From Eledone cirrhosa (Eukaryota), in assembly GCA_964016885.1 (NCBI GenBank), contig OZ024740.1, positions 47,678,001 through 47,742,000 of the forward strand: a DNA stretch of 64,000 nt, given 5' to 3'. A program made the position numbers and the translations under genes. The notes below the pieces were generated by a model. That model searched no databases. It was not told the origin of the DNA and saw nothing but the letters and a program-made list of their open reading frames with translations. The first letter of the stretch is position 1; each line of letters opens with the position of its first letter. Shown here piece by piece: positions 50,185-63,223 of this stretch.

Positions 50185-50983
50185 CACTAGTCCACACTGT
50201 AAAGTGGTTGTGTAGGAGACATGGTAAAAAGGCTCCCAGTCCTCACTGTAAATGTGGTTGGTGTTAGGAAGGGCATCCAGCTGTAGAAAACCTGCCAGAA
50301 ACAGTTCTGTATGAGCAAGATACGGTCTCCCGACCAATCTTGCTGCAAGTGGGACAAAACCATCCAGCCATGCTAGCATGGAAGATGGACATTAAATGAT
50401 GATAATGATGACTACACCTGATATTCTCCCTCCACACACCACACACACCTCTGTCTGTATATCATGACTCATACACTGTTCACTTTCCTGACATTTGTAC
50501 ATTATTCTTTGTAGTATACATACACCTTTGATGAGTTGTAGTGCACCTGAGCACTGTACACAATAATTTTCATTATTATTATCATCAGGGCCGTGGATTG
50601 ACAGTATCTGTGGAGAATCGGACACCATGCTTTGCAGTATAGAATTATGACCTTTACAGTCTGAGTTCAAATCCCACTGAGGTTAACTTTACCTTTCATG
50701 CACTGGGGTCGATTTAATCGACTTTCCCCCTCCCCCAAAATTGCTGGCCTTGTGCCTATATAAGAAACCATTATTATTATCACCATCAGTGGTGAGTGGA
50801 TTGGCAGTATCAGTAGAGGGTCAGACACCATGCTTTGATGCACAGTTACGGCCCTTGCCATTCTGAGTTCAAATCCCACCGAGGTTAACTTTGCCTTTCA
50901 TCTTTACAGGGTCGATAAAATAAAGTACCAGTAATGCACTGGGTAATTGCTGGCCTTGTGCCAAAAGTAGAAACAATTATCAT
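50185..50983 (+). mobile_element. Stack of retroposon ends: RTE tail, CR1 tail, SINE A, SINE A
   Basis: RTE 3' UTR 50185-50410; CR1 3' UTR 50411-50581 (reverse complement of 54510-54670); SINEs at 50588-50780 and 50789-50983. Confidence 0.82.
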
Positions 50984-51417
50984 CAGTTTTACATGTTTTT
51001 CCAATATAAAATGAACATAAAAACACAGTAACTCTAAACCATTTTTCTTAGTGTATTTAATGTTTAGTTTGTATTGAATTGTTTTTTTATCCACAGGGAA
51101 AAGAATTGTGCTGCCTCATCAGTCTATTTTTGTTTACTTCTAAGTATTTTTGTAGGTCCATTGCAGTTACATTGTAATAGTTCTGTATTTATATCTAGCC
51201 TCTGCTTTCCTGTGTAGGTATATCATATTTATAACAACTTTAAGATGCTGGGTTAGGGATGTGATGGGTAGTTCTGTTTCACTTCACTGGGTTCTTCACT
51301 TTTCTTAATTTACAATTTATTATATTGCACCTATATTTTATTATTGGGGGGGGGGGGGGGGGTAGTTTATTCATTCTTATAATTGTATATATTGAGCTAG
51401 ATTTATTATTATTACAG

Positions 51418-51552
51418 GAGAAAAATACTGCAGAGCTTTTCAAGGAGAATAAAGCAGAAATGAAATATATTTGGAAACACATGAAAGAATTGCAAGCTAA
51501 ATATAGCCGACTTCATTCCCAGTCAATTAAAGACAATATAAAACTTGCTGAG
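51418..51552 (+). CDS. Gene 3 exon (coiled-coil-like)
   Basis: TTACAG acceptor, GAG|GTCAGT donor, 135 nt, phase 0-0. Confidence 0.85.
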
Positions 51553-51888
51553 GTCAGTTTTAACAAAATATTTCAACTTATATATCAATTAATGTAAATA
51601 TATTAATGACAAAATTATAACAGCCAGTAAGATATGAGCTAATAACAAAAAAAAATCTCCCCTCACTGTTTATTGAAGGAAGTTTGCAAGTAAAATTTGC
51701 TGGAGATGTTAATTCAGTCTACCCTTTAACAGAAGGTAGTGAATTGGTGATCATTAGAGCATCACAGAGAATGCCTTGAAATATTTGTTCTGGCTCTCTC
51801 TATTCTGAGTTCAAATTCTGCAATGGCATGGCCAATGTTGCTATTCATTTTTCCAGGATCCATAAAGTGCCAATCAAGTAATGGATCA

Positions 51889-52440
51889 ATCTCTCTCTTT
51901 CTCTCTTTCTCTTGCTCTTTCTCTCTTTCTCTTTCTCTCTTTCTCTCTTTCTCTTGCTCTTTCTCTCTTTCTCTCTTTCTCTTTCTCTCTTTCTCTTTCT
52001 CTCTCTCTTTCTCTCTCTTTCTCTCTCTCTTTCTCTCTCTCTCACTTTCTCTCTCACTCTCTCTCACTTTCTCACTCTCTCTCACTTTCTCTCTCTCTCT
52101 CTCTCCTTCCCTCCCTCCCTCCCTCTCTCTTTCTCTCTCTCCCTCCCTCTCTCTCTCTCTCCCTCCCTCTCTCTCTCTCTCCCTCCCTCTTTCTCTCTCT
52201 CCCTCCCTCTTTCTCTCTCTCCCTCCCTCTTTCTCTCTCTCCCTCCCTCTCTTTCTCTTTCTCTCTCTCTCTCCTTCCCTCTCTTTCTCTCACTCTCTCC
52301 CTCCCTCTCTTTCTCTCTCTCTCTCCCTCCCTCTCTTTCTCTCTCTCTCTCCCTCCCTCTCTTTCTCTCTCTCTCTCCCTCCCTCTCTTTCTCTCTCTCG
52401 CACGCGCACACGCGCGCGCGCACACGCGCACACACGCACA
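51889..52440. repeat. Compound (CT)n/CCCT polypyrimidine microsatellite followed by (CG/CA)n
   Basis: About 510 bp of almost pure pyrimidine, then about 40 bp of alternating purine-pyrimidine. Confidence 0.97.
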
Positions 52441-52813
52441 AACAAAAAAAAATGAGGTGTTGGATAAGGAGCTAGCAACACCTTAAAGAAAAACTAAGCT
52501 TCAGAAACCATCTGACATCCCAGTTTGCAGTACAGAGTAATAAAAAAAAAAAAATAAAGATTCCTCTAATTGGAACACACTCTCTTGTCTCCTGTTTTAA
52601 AAATTGGGATTATGACACCCAATTGCTATTGCTTAGCTGCCTTTCAAGAGACCCAGGTCACCCAGCACACATGAGTCAGCTAGAGAACACCATCTCTATT
52701 TAAGACTTTTAACATCTCAAGCTGGTTTTCATCTTCCCCAGCAGCCTTGCCATAGTTTTCTCACATTTCAAATGTATTTATTAATTCTTTATTAATTCTC
52801 TGATTTCCTTCAG

Positions 52814-52886
52814 CTAACTTACCATGATTTCCAAATGAAACAGATGAAAGTAATTCTCACGAAACAAATACACCATTTGCAGGAGA
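52814..52886 (+). CDS. Gene 3 exon
   Basis: TTTCCTTCAG acceptor, GTAAGT donor, phase 0 to 1. Confidence 0.82.
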
Positions 52887-52926
52887 GTAAGTACTAAGAG
52901 CATTATTATAACTAGGATTATAACTA

Positions 52927-53319
52927 GGGCGGTGGATTGGCAGTATCGGTAGAGGGTCGGACGCCATGCTTTGCAGCAAAGAGTTACGGCCCTTTATGGT
53001 CTGAGTTCAAATCCCGCGAAGGTTAACTTTGCCTTTCATCCTTACAGGGGTCGATAAAATAAAGTACCAGTGGGATAATTGCTGGCCTTGTGCCAAAAGT
53101 AGAAATAATTATTATAACTAGGGTTCTAGGGCAGTGGATTGGCAGTATCAGTAGAGCATTGAACAACATGCTTTGCAGCATATAATTATAGCTCTTTATG
53201 TTCAAAGTTCAAATCCTGTCATGGTTAGCTTTGTCAATAATGCACTGAGGCCGATTTAATCGACTTTCCCTCTTCCTTTTAAATTGCTGGTCTTGTTCCA
53301 AAAGCCAAAACAATTATTA
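52927..53319 (+). mobile_element. Tandem pair of SINE family A
   Basis: Two copies; ATTATAACTAGG is repeated around the first copy (TSD-like). Confidence 0.82.
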
Positions 53320-54507
53320 GCATTAGTGTATCATCCAAAATGATGAGTTAAACCCTGTAATGCAGTGAATATATATATTTGTAGTAAGCATTACAAAAAA
53401 AAAAAAATTTAGTTTTATCTGTGTTATCAGTAGTTCACTAGAAAAAGCAAATTTTGTTGTTGTTGTAATGCTTACTACAAATATAAATACACTATATTTG
53501 TTTCATCTGCCACTCCACCTATGGTTACTCCTCTTACTCCTACCCACTCTTTTCCTAACTGCTATTCCCAAATTATATCTTGCAACTCTTTTATTTTATT
53601 AACACTCATTTTTTTTTTTTTTTTTTTTTAAATGACAGTCTTTTACTTCCACAGTCTCTTACTTCCTTGCTTGCACAGGCTGTCACATACTGAGGCTTGA
53701 CTAGTCAGGTGACTATATTGTGCTCATAAATTCAGTTTGGGATTTTGTTTCTACGTCTGGATGTCCTTCCTAATAGCAACCACTTCACAGCAGGTACTGG
53801 GCGTATTTTATCGTGATTACAGAACTACCACCTCACAGGGTTGACTGGGTGCTTTTTGTCATGGTACTAGCACTATTTATCTAAAAATCTTCCACTATAG
53901 TTTTATGTAATAACCTTTTGTTTTATTTCAAACATGAGCTTAATAGTGAGAAAGTTAGTTATATTATTAAATCCTTTCAAATTCTTGATTATTTTCAAAA
54001 TTATTTGAATATCAGAGGCAGTAACAAACCCTTATAAGCTGAAAGTAATTTTTTCTTTTTTTTTTCGTTTATCCAGAAATGATACATTAAGTATTATCAG
54101 TGATGATACTGGAGTTGATTCAATCGATTATATTTCTTTTCCTACAAATATATGCTTTTTGTGCAAGTGTAAAAAAAAATTTTTTTAAATATATTTAAAG
54201 TTTATCAAAAGTAATATTGAATTATCTCCCTTGAATGTTATCTGGCCAGCATACGCGTCTTGAATAATGCTGCCTCCCCCTTCCGCTTATTTTTTTTTTC
54301 CACCACCACCCCGCTCTTATTCCACCCACCCTCGTTTATTAAATTTATCTAAACTATCTCCGGCGAAATTATATTTTAAGTGGTAGCATTCCCGTGACAA
54401 TTAATTTTATTTATACATTAAGAAAACATTATACATGACAAAAGAAAAAAGAATATTACTAGAAATCTCGTGCATTATAAAATAAATAGGATGGATTGGG
54501 GTCTCTA

Positions 54508-55311
54508 TATAATAATAATTAAATTATTGTGTACAGTGCTTAGGTGCACTACAGCTCATCAAAGGTGCATGTATAGTACATAGAATAATGTACAAATGTC
54601 AGGAAAATGAACAGTGTATGAGTCATGAAATACATGTGTGCATGTGTATGGAGGAGGGATATCAGGTATAGTGTTGGCGAATTTCAGGAAGTATGGAGGT
54701 TTTTAAGGATGCAGTGTTTCGGCAGCTAACAATTGATGCAGGTAGTTTGTTCCATGCTGCAGCAACTCTGAGCGTGAAAAAATGTTTCAGAAAATCATGG
54801 GAGCTGCGCTGTTTTGTGACTTTGTTGGCATGCCCACGTGTATTAGATACATGGAAATCAAAAAGGTACTCAGGGTTGTTGTTGGCAAGATGGTTAATAA
54901 TTTTGTGGGTGTTTACCAAGTCAGTTGCCAGACGTTGGAGCTTCAATGTATCCATGCCCAGGGAAGTAAGGCGTTCAGAGTATGGTAGATGCCTGATAGA
55001 GGGTATTCGCTTGGTTGCACGTCTCTGAATAGTTTCCAGGAGGTCAATGTTCTGAGCAAGATAAGGGGTTCCAGACTGGTGATGCAAATTCTAAGTGTGG
55101 CTGCACCATAGCTATATACAGATTTAAATAGATAGCTGGAGAGTGGCTGACAAAGGTCTTGCTGAGTGATGCTAAGACACTCTCGGCCTTCTTGACAATT
55201 TTAGAGACGTGCTTCGTCCAACGCAAATCGCTGCTGACAGTAATGCCCAGGTCACGTTCACAAGAAGACTTCTTGATATTAGTGTTGTGAAGGGTGTATA
55301 TGGACGCTGGG
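54508..55311 (-). mobile_element. CR1-clade LINE 3' end (frameshifted)
   Basis: ERDLGI, PHLEFASPVWNP, IQRRATK, Y.ERL, TRGH and FFTLRV..WNKLP motifs, then a 3' UTR and (TAT)n tail. Confidence 0.9.
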
Positions 55312-57033
55312 TAGACTAAACTACAAATGCTGGTTTTTAAAGAATCAACGGACATAACCTCGAAAAATTACCCCCCCCCCCCTCGCGTGTGCTTATTCCA
55401 CGTCCACCCCTTTATTACGGACACAAGTGTATATTCTCTTTTCTTTTTTTTTCCATTTGCCTGATATATACATGAATGGCTATGCTTTTCAAAGGCGATT
55501 TAAATAAGATCGAAATATGTCCAGTGTTGTCATTGGGTCTGTCAAATAACAAATTTCTAATGTTAATGGTGTGTATGGTGTGCCAGCTATTAAATGAACT
55601 TGATTTTGAGTTGTTACTCTTGCTTTTTGGTTGATTTAAGAATCATTCAACAGTGTTTACCTCTTGATATGAATGTAGTCTTTGCTCACCACAAATGTCC
55701 GATTTTAAAATGAAAGTGCTTAAGGAAATCGGACATTTCACATTTAAGGACCTGATTGTCAATGCTGAGTTATCTCCCCTGATAAATTAAGAGAAAGATA
55801 AAACTAACCTTAATATTTCATTTATCAGGTCATTACGTATAAAATGCCCGTTTTCAAATTGAAAGTGCTTAAGGAATTTGGCATTTCGTACTTAAGAGCT
55901 TAATATTTGATTAAAATATGTTAAGTTGGCAGAGATCACTAATGCAGTAATATGCTAAATTAAAGTCTTCACTGTATTTCTGGCAACACTAGTGTCACCT
56001 TTGCTGATTTTCCAATAGTTGATGAATAACTGATTGCTTGAACATCTTCTGCACGAGAAGTTAGCTGTAAAACCTTAGCAAATAGGTGACTTGGTGTTGT
56101 CTAGGAGTACTCTATCTAGTAAAAGACAGTAGTGGAATGACCACTGCTTCTGGGAGAGAAGAATGTAGAAGAGAAGTGCCAAAAGAAACAACGAAACAGC
56201 AGAACTGGAATGCAAACAATTAACTCTGAGTTTTTACAGTTATTCAATATGCTAGAAATAGCAACCAATTCTCTCTTACCACACCTTACTGCCTTAGCTC
56301 TAAATACACTACACCCAGAAAAATATTTAAAAGTGAAATAGTCCTAGTTGGAACAGTTCAGATCAAGTTTTATTTAGAACCAGCAGAAATACTGTCCTAT
56401 AGATTTTCTGTTAGTGTAAGTATGTGTGTGCATGTGTTTCGTAATATCAATCTATATAAATGTATGAAAATGGGAAACTACATTAGTAGCATCCAAATGA
56501 TACACACTTGCACTAACATAGTTCGTTTTGGGGTTTATTCAATTTAATTCAACATTTATTCTCTACAAAATGGTGACCTCAAACAAGGATGGGATTTGAG
56601 ATTCAAACCTGTAATGATTTTTTTTTTTATTTTTTTTTTTATTTATTTTTTTTTTTTTTTTATATATATAAAACAACTTTTTTTTATCAACTGAAATATT
56701 CTATAACCTTTCTTCCAAGAGTGCAGTGTAGTGAATCTATATATAAATTTGAGTGACTTCCATCTGTTACACAGTGTGTGTGTATAAAAAAAGTAAAAGG
56801 GTAGTGAAAAAACTACCAAAACAGCAGCTGGCGCTTCATTTGCTATGCTGTTGTGTTTGTGTAAATGTATGTGTTTCTGTGTTTGCGTGTTTATATTTAT
56901 ATACTCATACTCATGTGAATACATGCACAGAAATTCCCATTCATCATTTTAGATGACATGAGGCTAAACTAGAACCACCTTTAAAACATATTCTGAACTT
57001 ATCTATGACATTATTTTAAATATTCTTCTACAG

Positions 57034-57112
57034 ACATTCCTACTTCTGATATGTCAATTTTCCAATTAATGAATACACTTGTTAAACTAGAATCACAGTC
57101 AGTTGAAAAAAA
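57034..57112 (+). CDS. Gene 3 exon
   Basis: TTCTTCTACAG acceptor, GTAAGT donor, phase 1 to 2; this is the only open frame. Confidence 0.82.
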
Positions 57113-57137
57113 GTAAGTACTGCTACTTCTATCTATG

Positions 57138-57333
57138 AGGGCGATGGATTGGCAGAATCGGTAGAGCATTGGACAAATGCTTTGCAGCAGAGTTGCGGCT
57201 CTTTATGTTCTGATTCCAAATCCCACCGAGCTTAGCTTTATCTTTCATCCTTACGTACCAGTAATGCACTGGTGTCGATTTAGTTGACTTCCCCTTTCCT
57301 TTATATTGCTGACCTTGTGCCAAATGTAAAAAT
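57138..57333 (+). mobile_element. SINE family A
   Basis: Similarity to the other copies. Confidence 0.75.
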
Positions 57334-57686
57334 AATCAATATATATATATGGTAACTAGTTCTCTTAATTGCATAGATTTCCTTTTTGTGGCAGAATTAA
57401 CCTGTATAACACAGGCAATCACATCTTCAAAAATAGTTTTGTTTGGTGAACATTACATTCTAAACCAATCCTCAATGATCACCCTATAAAGGAACGATAT
57501 CTTTTGACAATGACGGATAGATGAAACACTAAGATTTTCAAAAGAACAATACTCAGGAATAGGTTCATGTTACATTCTCTAATTTCAGAGGGTAACTTTC
57601 ATTTAATACTACATTCTAAAGAAGGAAGTTAACATGTTTTGTTTTGTTTTTATTCAGCATAGTTCAGAATAACACAGTGACTTCAA

Positions 57687-57876
<190 letters not shown>

Positions 57877-58500
57877 AAAACATCTATAAGTATCTAAGTT
57901 TTTTAACTCCCTTAATAATAGATGTTATGCAAAACTCATTACATATATGTTATGATGGCTAAGTATATTTTATATCTGAGCCCTATCAGAGTAAGCATGT
58001 TTTTTTTTTTTTCTTTTTAGACTTAGTAAAATAAGTTTCAGTAAATTTGTTAACTGCTGTAAAGGTGTATTTCTCAGAACCAACCTGAAACCACAAAATT
58101 TATTCTTGGTTAGAACTCCATCATTACTTCCATTCTTAAAACAATCAAAAACATCACCACACTAATTTTATCAGCATAAAAAATAAACAGAACTAATCAC
58201 ACTCAAAGGGACATTATTGGTAATAAATTATCAAGTAAATATGTTTTGATATTATTTGATCATGTGAAATTATCTTTGGTTAGTTACCCTACTAAAGCAG
58301 TCTTCCTCAACCACCAACTATTGTCAGTAACTTCAGAGACTAAATAGTTTGGCTGAAAACATCTTACTGAAATTACACCGTTTGATATATCAGTAATATT
58401 CTAGAAGTCTGGTATGTCTTAGAGTATTATAGCCATGTCAAATCATTTATCAAAATCACTTTTGACATTAAATATTTTCAGCTACTTCTGAGCTAGCATT

Positions 58501-58690
58501 TGGATTGGCAGTATCGGTAGAGGGTTGGACGCCATGCTTTGCTGCATAAAGTTACGGCCCTTTCCATTCCGAGTTCAACTCCCGCCGAGGTTAACTTTGC
58601 CTTTCATCCTTACGGGTGTCGATAAAATAAAGTACCAGTAATGCACTGAGATAATTGCTGGCCTTGTGCCAAAACTAGAAACAATTATAT
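58501..58690 (+). mobile_element. SINE family A
   Basis: Similarity to the other copies. Confidence 0.85.
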
Positions 58691-58816
58691 TTAATCTATT
58701 AACTAATAGCAGGACTATTCTCAGAAATATCCCATATACAATATTTAGCAGTTCATTATTTAGCAGTTCATTATTGAAGATCTGCTGCCAAGAAAAAAAT
58801 GGTATCTCCTTTTCAG

Positions 58817-58979
58817 GTTTGTAAAGCAGATTGAAGACATTAAAAAGAGGTATTATCTGAAAGAAATGAACGAAAATGACAAAAATGTATATTGCATGCA
58901 CAATCAAGACACAAGAGATGGTTTCAACAACAGCCCAGAAAATGAAAAACAAATTAAATTTCTTAAAGAAGAGATTATG
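58817..58979 (+). CDS. Gene 3 exon
   Basis: CTCCTTTTCAG acceptor, ATG|GTAAAT donor, phase 2 to 0. Confidence 0.82.
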
Positions 58980-61288
58980 GTAAATTTTGAAACCTTATTT
59001 CTAAAACAAAATTAAGATATTGTCTTATAAAGACTCTTGATGCATGGGCCTTTATTAATTGCAGAATGATATTGTTTTCTAAATAATTTATACAAATTGT
59101 AGTGAGAGTATATGTTGAGAGTTAGTAAAAAATGCTAAGGATTCAAATGACAATGAAGAGTATTTACAGTGTACTGTTAAAGCGCTGGAGAAATTGTTAT
59201 CAAACAGTACAAATATTATTTTTAAAAAACATGATATAGGTGGGGTTGAGTTTCTGTGAAGCCACAATGGCAGATATACAATAATCTCTTGTCATAAGTT
59301 TATATATCAATGTGTCTAGTATATCTTGAATTATGAAGACACCTAGTAATGACATTCAAATTCTGGTCACTTTGTAATGATATACACATTGCCAGATTTA
59401 TCATTGTGCTTAGATGTGCTTAAGCACAGAGCCCCATTGGTTAGGGGGGGGGGGGGGGGACCATCTTCCTGCCAAAACATTTTGATATATATGATATATC
59501 TTTGAGTTGTTTTGGACAGCTATAGTCAGCTCTGAGTATACCTTGAGTGTAGAACTAATACGTCAATACAGTGAAACCTTGAAGTGTGTCATAAGCAACT
59601 GTCAAATAGGTGTTCTATTATATTGATGCTCTCCACATTAAATTAAAACTGTCTTATAATCAAGAATCACAAAAAGTTAACTATTGAGCAATGTTATCAT
59701 TTGGTCTGATTTCTAGCTATGAGAATCCAGGATTTTTTTTTTTAAACAAAACATTTCAATTCTGGAGGTACAGTTCCTGTATACTTTTAAAGGTTCTTCC
59801 ACATTGGTTAGTTGAAGAAATTAGTGTTCATCTTTAAATTCAACAAGTTAATAGCTATAAAAAACGTTGGAGTATGGATGGAATTCCAAAGAAATACAAT
59901 TGTTTGAATATATATTTAGACAGTTTTGGTATTAAGACATAGTAAGGAGGCTGTAAACAGATACAAGTGAACTGAATGAGCTTGGATGGCAGTTACACAC
60001 AGCTTGCTAGTTCAGACATTGTATAGATTCAGCAGCTATTCAGAGTTGTAGTAGTGTCTGACCATGAGCATTAAATCTAGTCTTAAAAGTTCAATCTTAG
60101 AAAAATAATATATATGTGAGTAAGCCAACTTTAGGATAGAGGTATATAGTTTAAAGGAGTTTCTGCAAGCTGGTGAATATTCTTATAGAATCTCATTGGT
60201 TGTCTGTGTTGTTGCATAGAAATGAATAAAAACAAACAAGGTTTACTAATTTGAAACTACAAGGTTTATTTCAATTATTTATTCCATTATAAATTGATAA
60301 TATCATAAAAGGAATGCTTACAGTAAATATTGTTTATTTTAGAAATGGATAAACATTTCTTGCATTGAACCACTTAGTAATTTTAACAACCGGGCTGATG
60401 CAGTACAAGTAGATAACTTGCCTTTATAGATAGATGACTGTGAAATATGATATGAAGTATGTCCTAGGTACACTTTAAGAAAATAGGTTTTTATCAAGTG
60501 CCTTAAGGATTTTTCATGATGTAACTTTTTTTTTTAACTGTTTCAATGAAAATATTATGAATAATAATAATAGAAAATTAAAGTAATTTTACAGAATGGT
60601 TTAAATCAAACAAATAATAAACATGAAGAATTTGGAAGCATTGAGAATATAGATATTTTACAGAATATTGATATTAGAAATAATGGGGTGAATTAAAGGT
60701 GTGATAAAAAAATAAATCAACTATTCTAAGCATTTTTACACCAATAACAAAACAACTGATGGGTCTAAATCTGGTTTACATAACACTTTCTAAGATTATT
60801 ACACTTTTAATATTATAGTTGGATTTTTCTAAATCTTCACGTTAGAAATGTTGAAGGTTTTGTGCCATATCTTTTGAGTAAGAATTTTAGAGACATAATG
60901 TCATATAAACCCACTGCGATTAAAGATCTTCAAATCTTTCTTGGAGTGGTATATGAGATATTAAAACAGCTACTAGTAATTTTAATACAAGAAACTTGAA
61001 CACTGTTTGATAAAATGAAAGAGCTATGTTTTAATATATGTATAATATGTATACAGTGTAAGACTATTTTCATAAATATAAATTATATCACAGCCTTGAT
61101 TGGTGTAAACATGTCACATAAATTAAATGTCTTTACTATCTTTAACTATCTATTTGTAAAACCCAATGAGATTTAAATGAATTAATTCTTCCCGCTTATA
61201 GTCTTTCCAGGTAAAATTATATTTCACTCAAGATATAATTTGATTTAAGACTCATTATAAACATTTTTGTATTTGGTTTCATTTATAG

Positions 61289-61422
61289 AACCTTGAAGAT
61301 ATAATTGCAACTAGAAATTTTGAACTGATGCAGATGATGAGGAAAAAATGTCAACTCAAGGATGATTTAAAGATGGCACATCAAAAGATTTATCAGTTAG
61401 AGAAAATAAATAAAATCTCAAA
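61289..61422 (+). CDS. Gene 3 exon (coiled-coil)
   Basis: TTTATAG acceptor, GTAAGT donor, phase 0 to 2 (NLEDIIATRNFELMQMMRKKCQLKDDLKMAHQKIYQLEK). Confidence 0.85.
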
Positions 61423-61479
61423 GTAAGTTCTTATAGTTGATATTTACTGACAGTTATATAATACTGTTTGATTTGGATA

Positions 61480-61689
61480 TACCATACATACTTGAATATA
61501 AGCCAAGGAATACAGGACCAAAAAAATCGATGGTAGAAGTGGGGTCAGATTATATGGGGGGGGGGGGGGGGAATCGATATTTTGATAATTTTTCACCAAC
61601 TTCAAATTCTACGTAGATGAGGTTTGGATTTTTGCCCAGTTCTCAGACATAAAATAGTGGGGTCAACTTATATTCAAGTATATTCGGTA
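61480..61689. mobile_element. TA-flanked Tc1/mariner-type MITE
   Basis: TIRs TACCATACATACTTGAATATAAG / CTTATATTCAAGTATATTCGGTA; related ends near 1959, 3040 and 8825. Confidence 0.7.
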
Positions 61690-61949
61690 AGTGACTAGCT
61701 ACAGCATTCAACCATCATTTAATAAATATCATGATGATTATGGTGAAGAAGATATTGCTATCAACCATACAAGTAGGAATGTACTCAAGATATAGGATGA
61801 TTGATTAGGGGTACATCAATGAAGTTCAGATGTTAGAATTATCTCTTAAAATAGTGGATTCAAAGATTATGATGAAAGTTGATTATCACTGTTATATAAG
61901 TCACAACACTGAATTTTCTTCACAATTTTATTTCTTCACTTTCATATAG

Positions 61950-61983
61950 AAAGAGATGGTCTGCTAGAATAAAGTGGAGTTGA
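61950..61983 (+). CDS. Gene 3 probable terminal exon (KRWSARIKWS*)
   Basis: Polypyrimidine-ATAG acceptor, phase-2 entry, TGA stop. Short, so alternative last exons are possible. Confidence 0.55.
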
Positions 61984-63185
61984 GCCAATGAAAAAGACTA
62001 TACAATACTCAATCTGTTAAAAAATAGCAAAATCTCACTTTCTTTTGTTAAAAAAAAGGGGAACACAAGAGAAAATGTAGTGTTAGATATGCCATGACTG
62101 AAAAATGTGATGATCATGGCTGGAATGTCTTTGATCATAGGCCTGCTGAATAAGTGCTGGCCTGGTGCTAAATAAACTACTAACTGAAGTGGGAGTGTTG
62201 TTAATTAATTAATTTATTTTTATTTTTATTACAATTTGTGAACAAGAACATTGTTGGTTATAGGTTTCCAGTGAGTCAATCACTGGTTCACTGTATTTTT
62301 AATGGTGAGAGTGAAAAGTGAGCATCTGTAACTTGGTGAACTGTGCTAAAAAGAGACTAGTTTTTCACTATTTACATCCTCCACCAATATATCATGAAGG
62401 CTATATTAAGGATGGCTATCTTTATAGGAAACAGAATTCAATATATAAGCAAAGTATGTATTTTTATTGAGGGAATTGAAGATACAATTCCTCACAGTAA
62501 CTGATCTGTTTCATCACAGTTGAAATATATATAAAATTTCCATCTACCTAATTCTACTCACAAGTTACAAGTTAACCCCAAAAAGTAGTCTTACCCAGGG
62601 CACCCGACAGTGGGATCAAACTCAGAATCATGTGGCTTAAAAGCAAAGCTACTCACTACAAAGCATAGCTGTGCTTAGTTTAATGTAAGCTAATCTCTTT
62701 TGCCTTATTATTACAGGATGAGAGTTGGTGAGCAATTGTATAAACAAAATGAATTCCAAAGGGACACTGTGCTATGAAAGGGAAACTGTTACAGACAAAA
62801 TAAATTGTTGGAATAAACTGTATTGGCGATACATATTTGAAACAGAGAAGGTGAGTTTTATGAGGTAATATGTAACAACTTGACACAAGTCTAACATAAC
62901 AGATTTATGTTCACAGCTGGAACCAAACAAAAACAATGCCACTATTTCTGGGTGTATATAAAGTAATGTGGCAATATATATACCTGAGGGTTTTATTACT
63001 TTGAAAAACAACAATAACAACATTTAACAAGAGGTAAAACACCGGGTAATTTTTCAAAATTATTTACAATTGAGTGCTATCTTCAGTTACATACATGCTT
63101 GCATGACTACATGCATGCTGTCTATAAAGTGTGTGTGCAACTTAAAATACTACTAGTATTTTAAATTGCACATAGACTTTATGGA

Positions 63186-63223
<38 letters not shown>

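Noticed and set aside
51762-52486. Many long RE-rich and SL-rich ORFs
   Set aside because: Translation artefacts of the (CT)n microsatellite.
54077-54170. Possible extra exon of gene 3
   Set aside because: The phase does not fit the neighbouring exons, there is no good donor, and the sequence resembles an eroded SINE tail.
59000-61100. Possible highly eroded transposase sequence
   Set aside because: No motif or terminal repeat could be established by eye.
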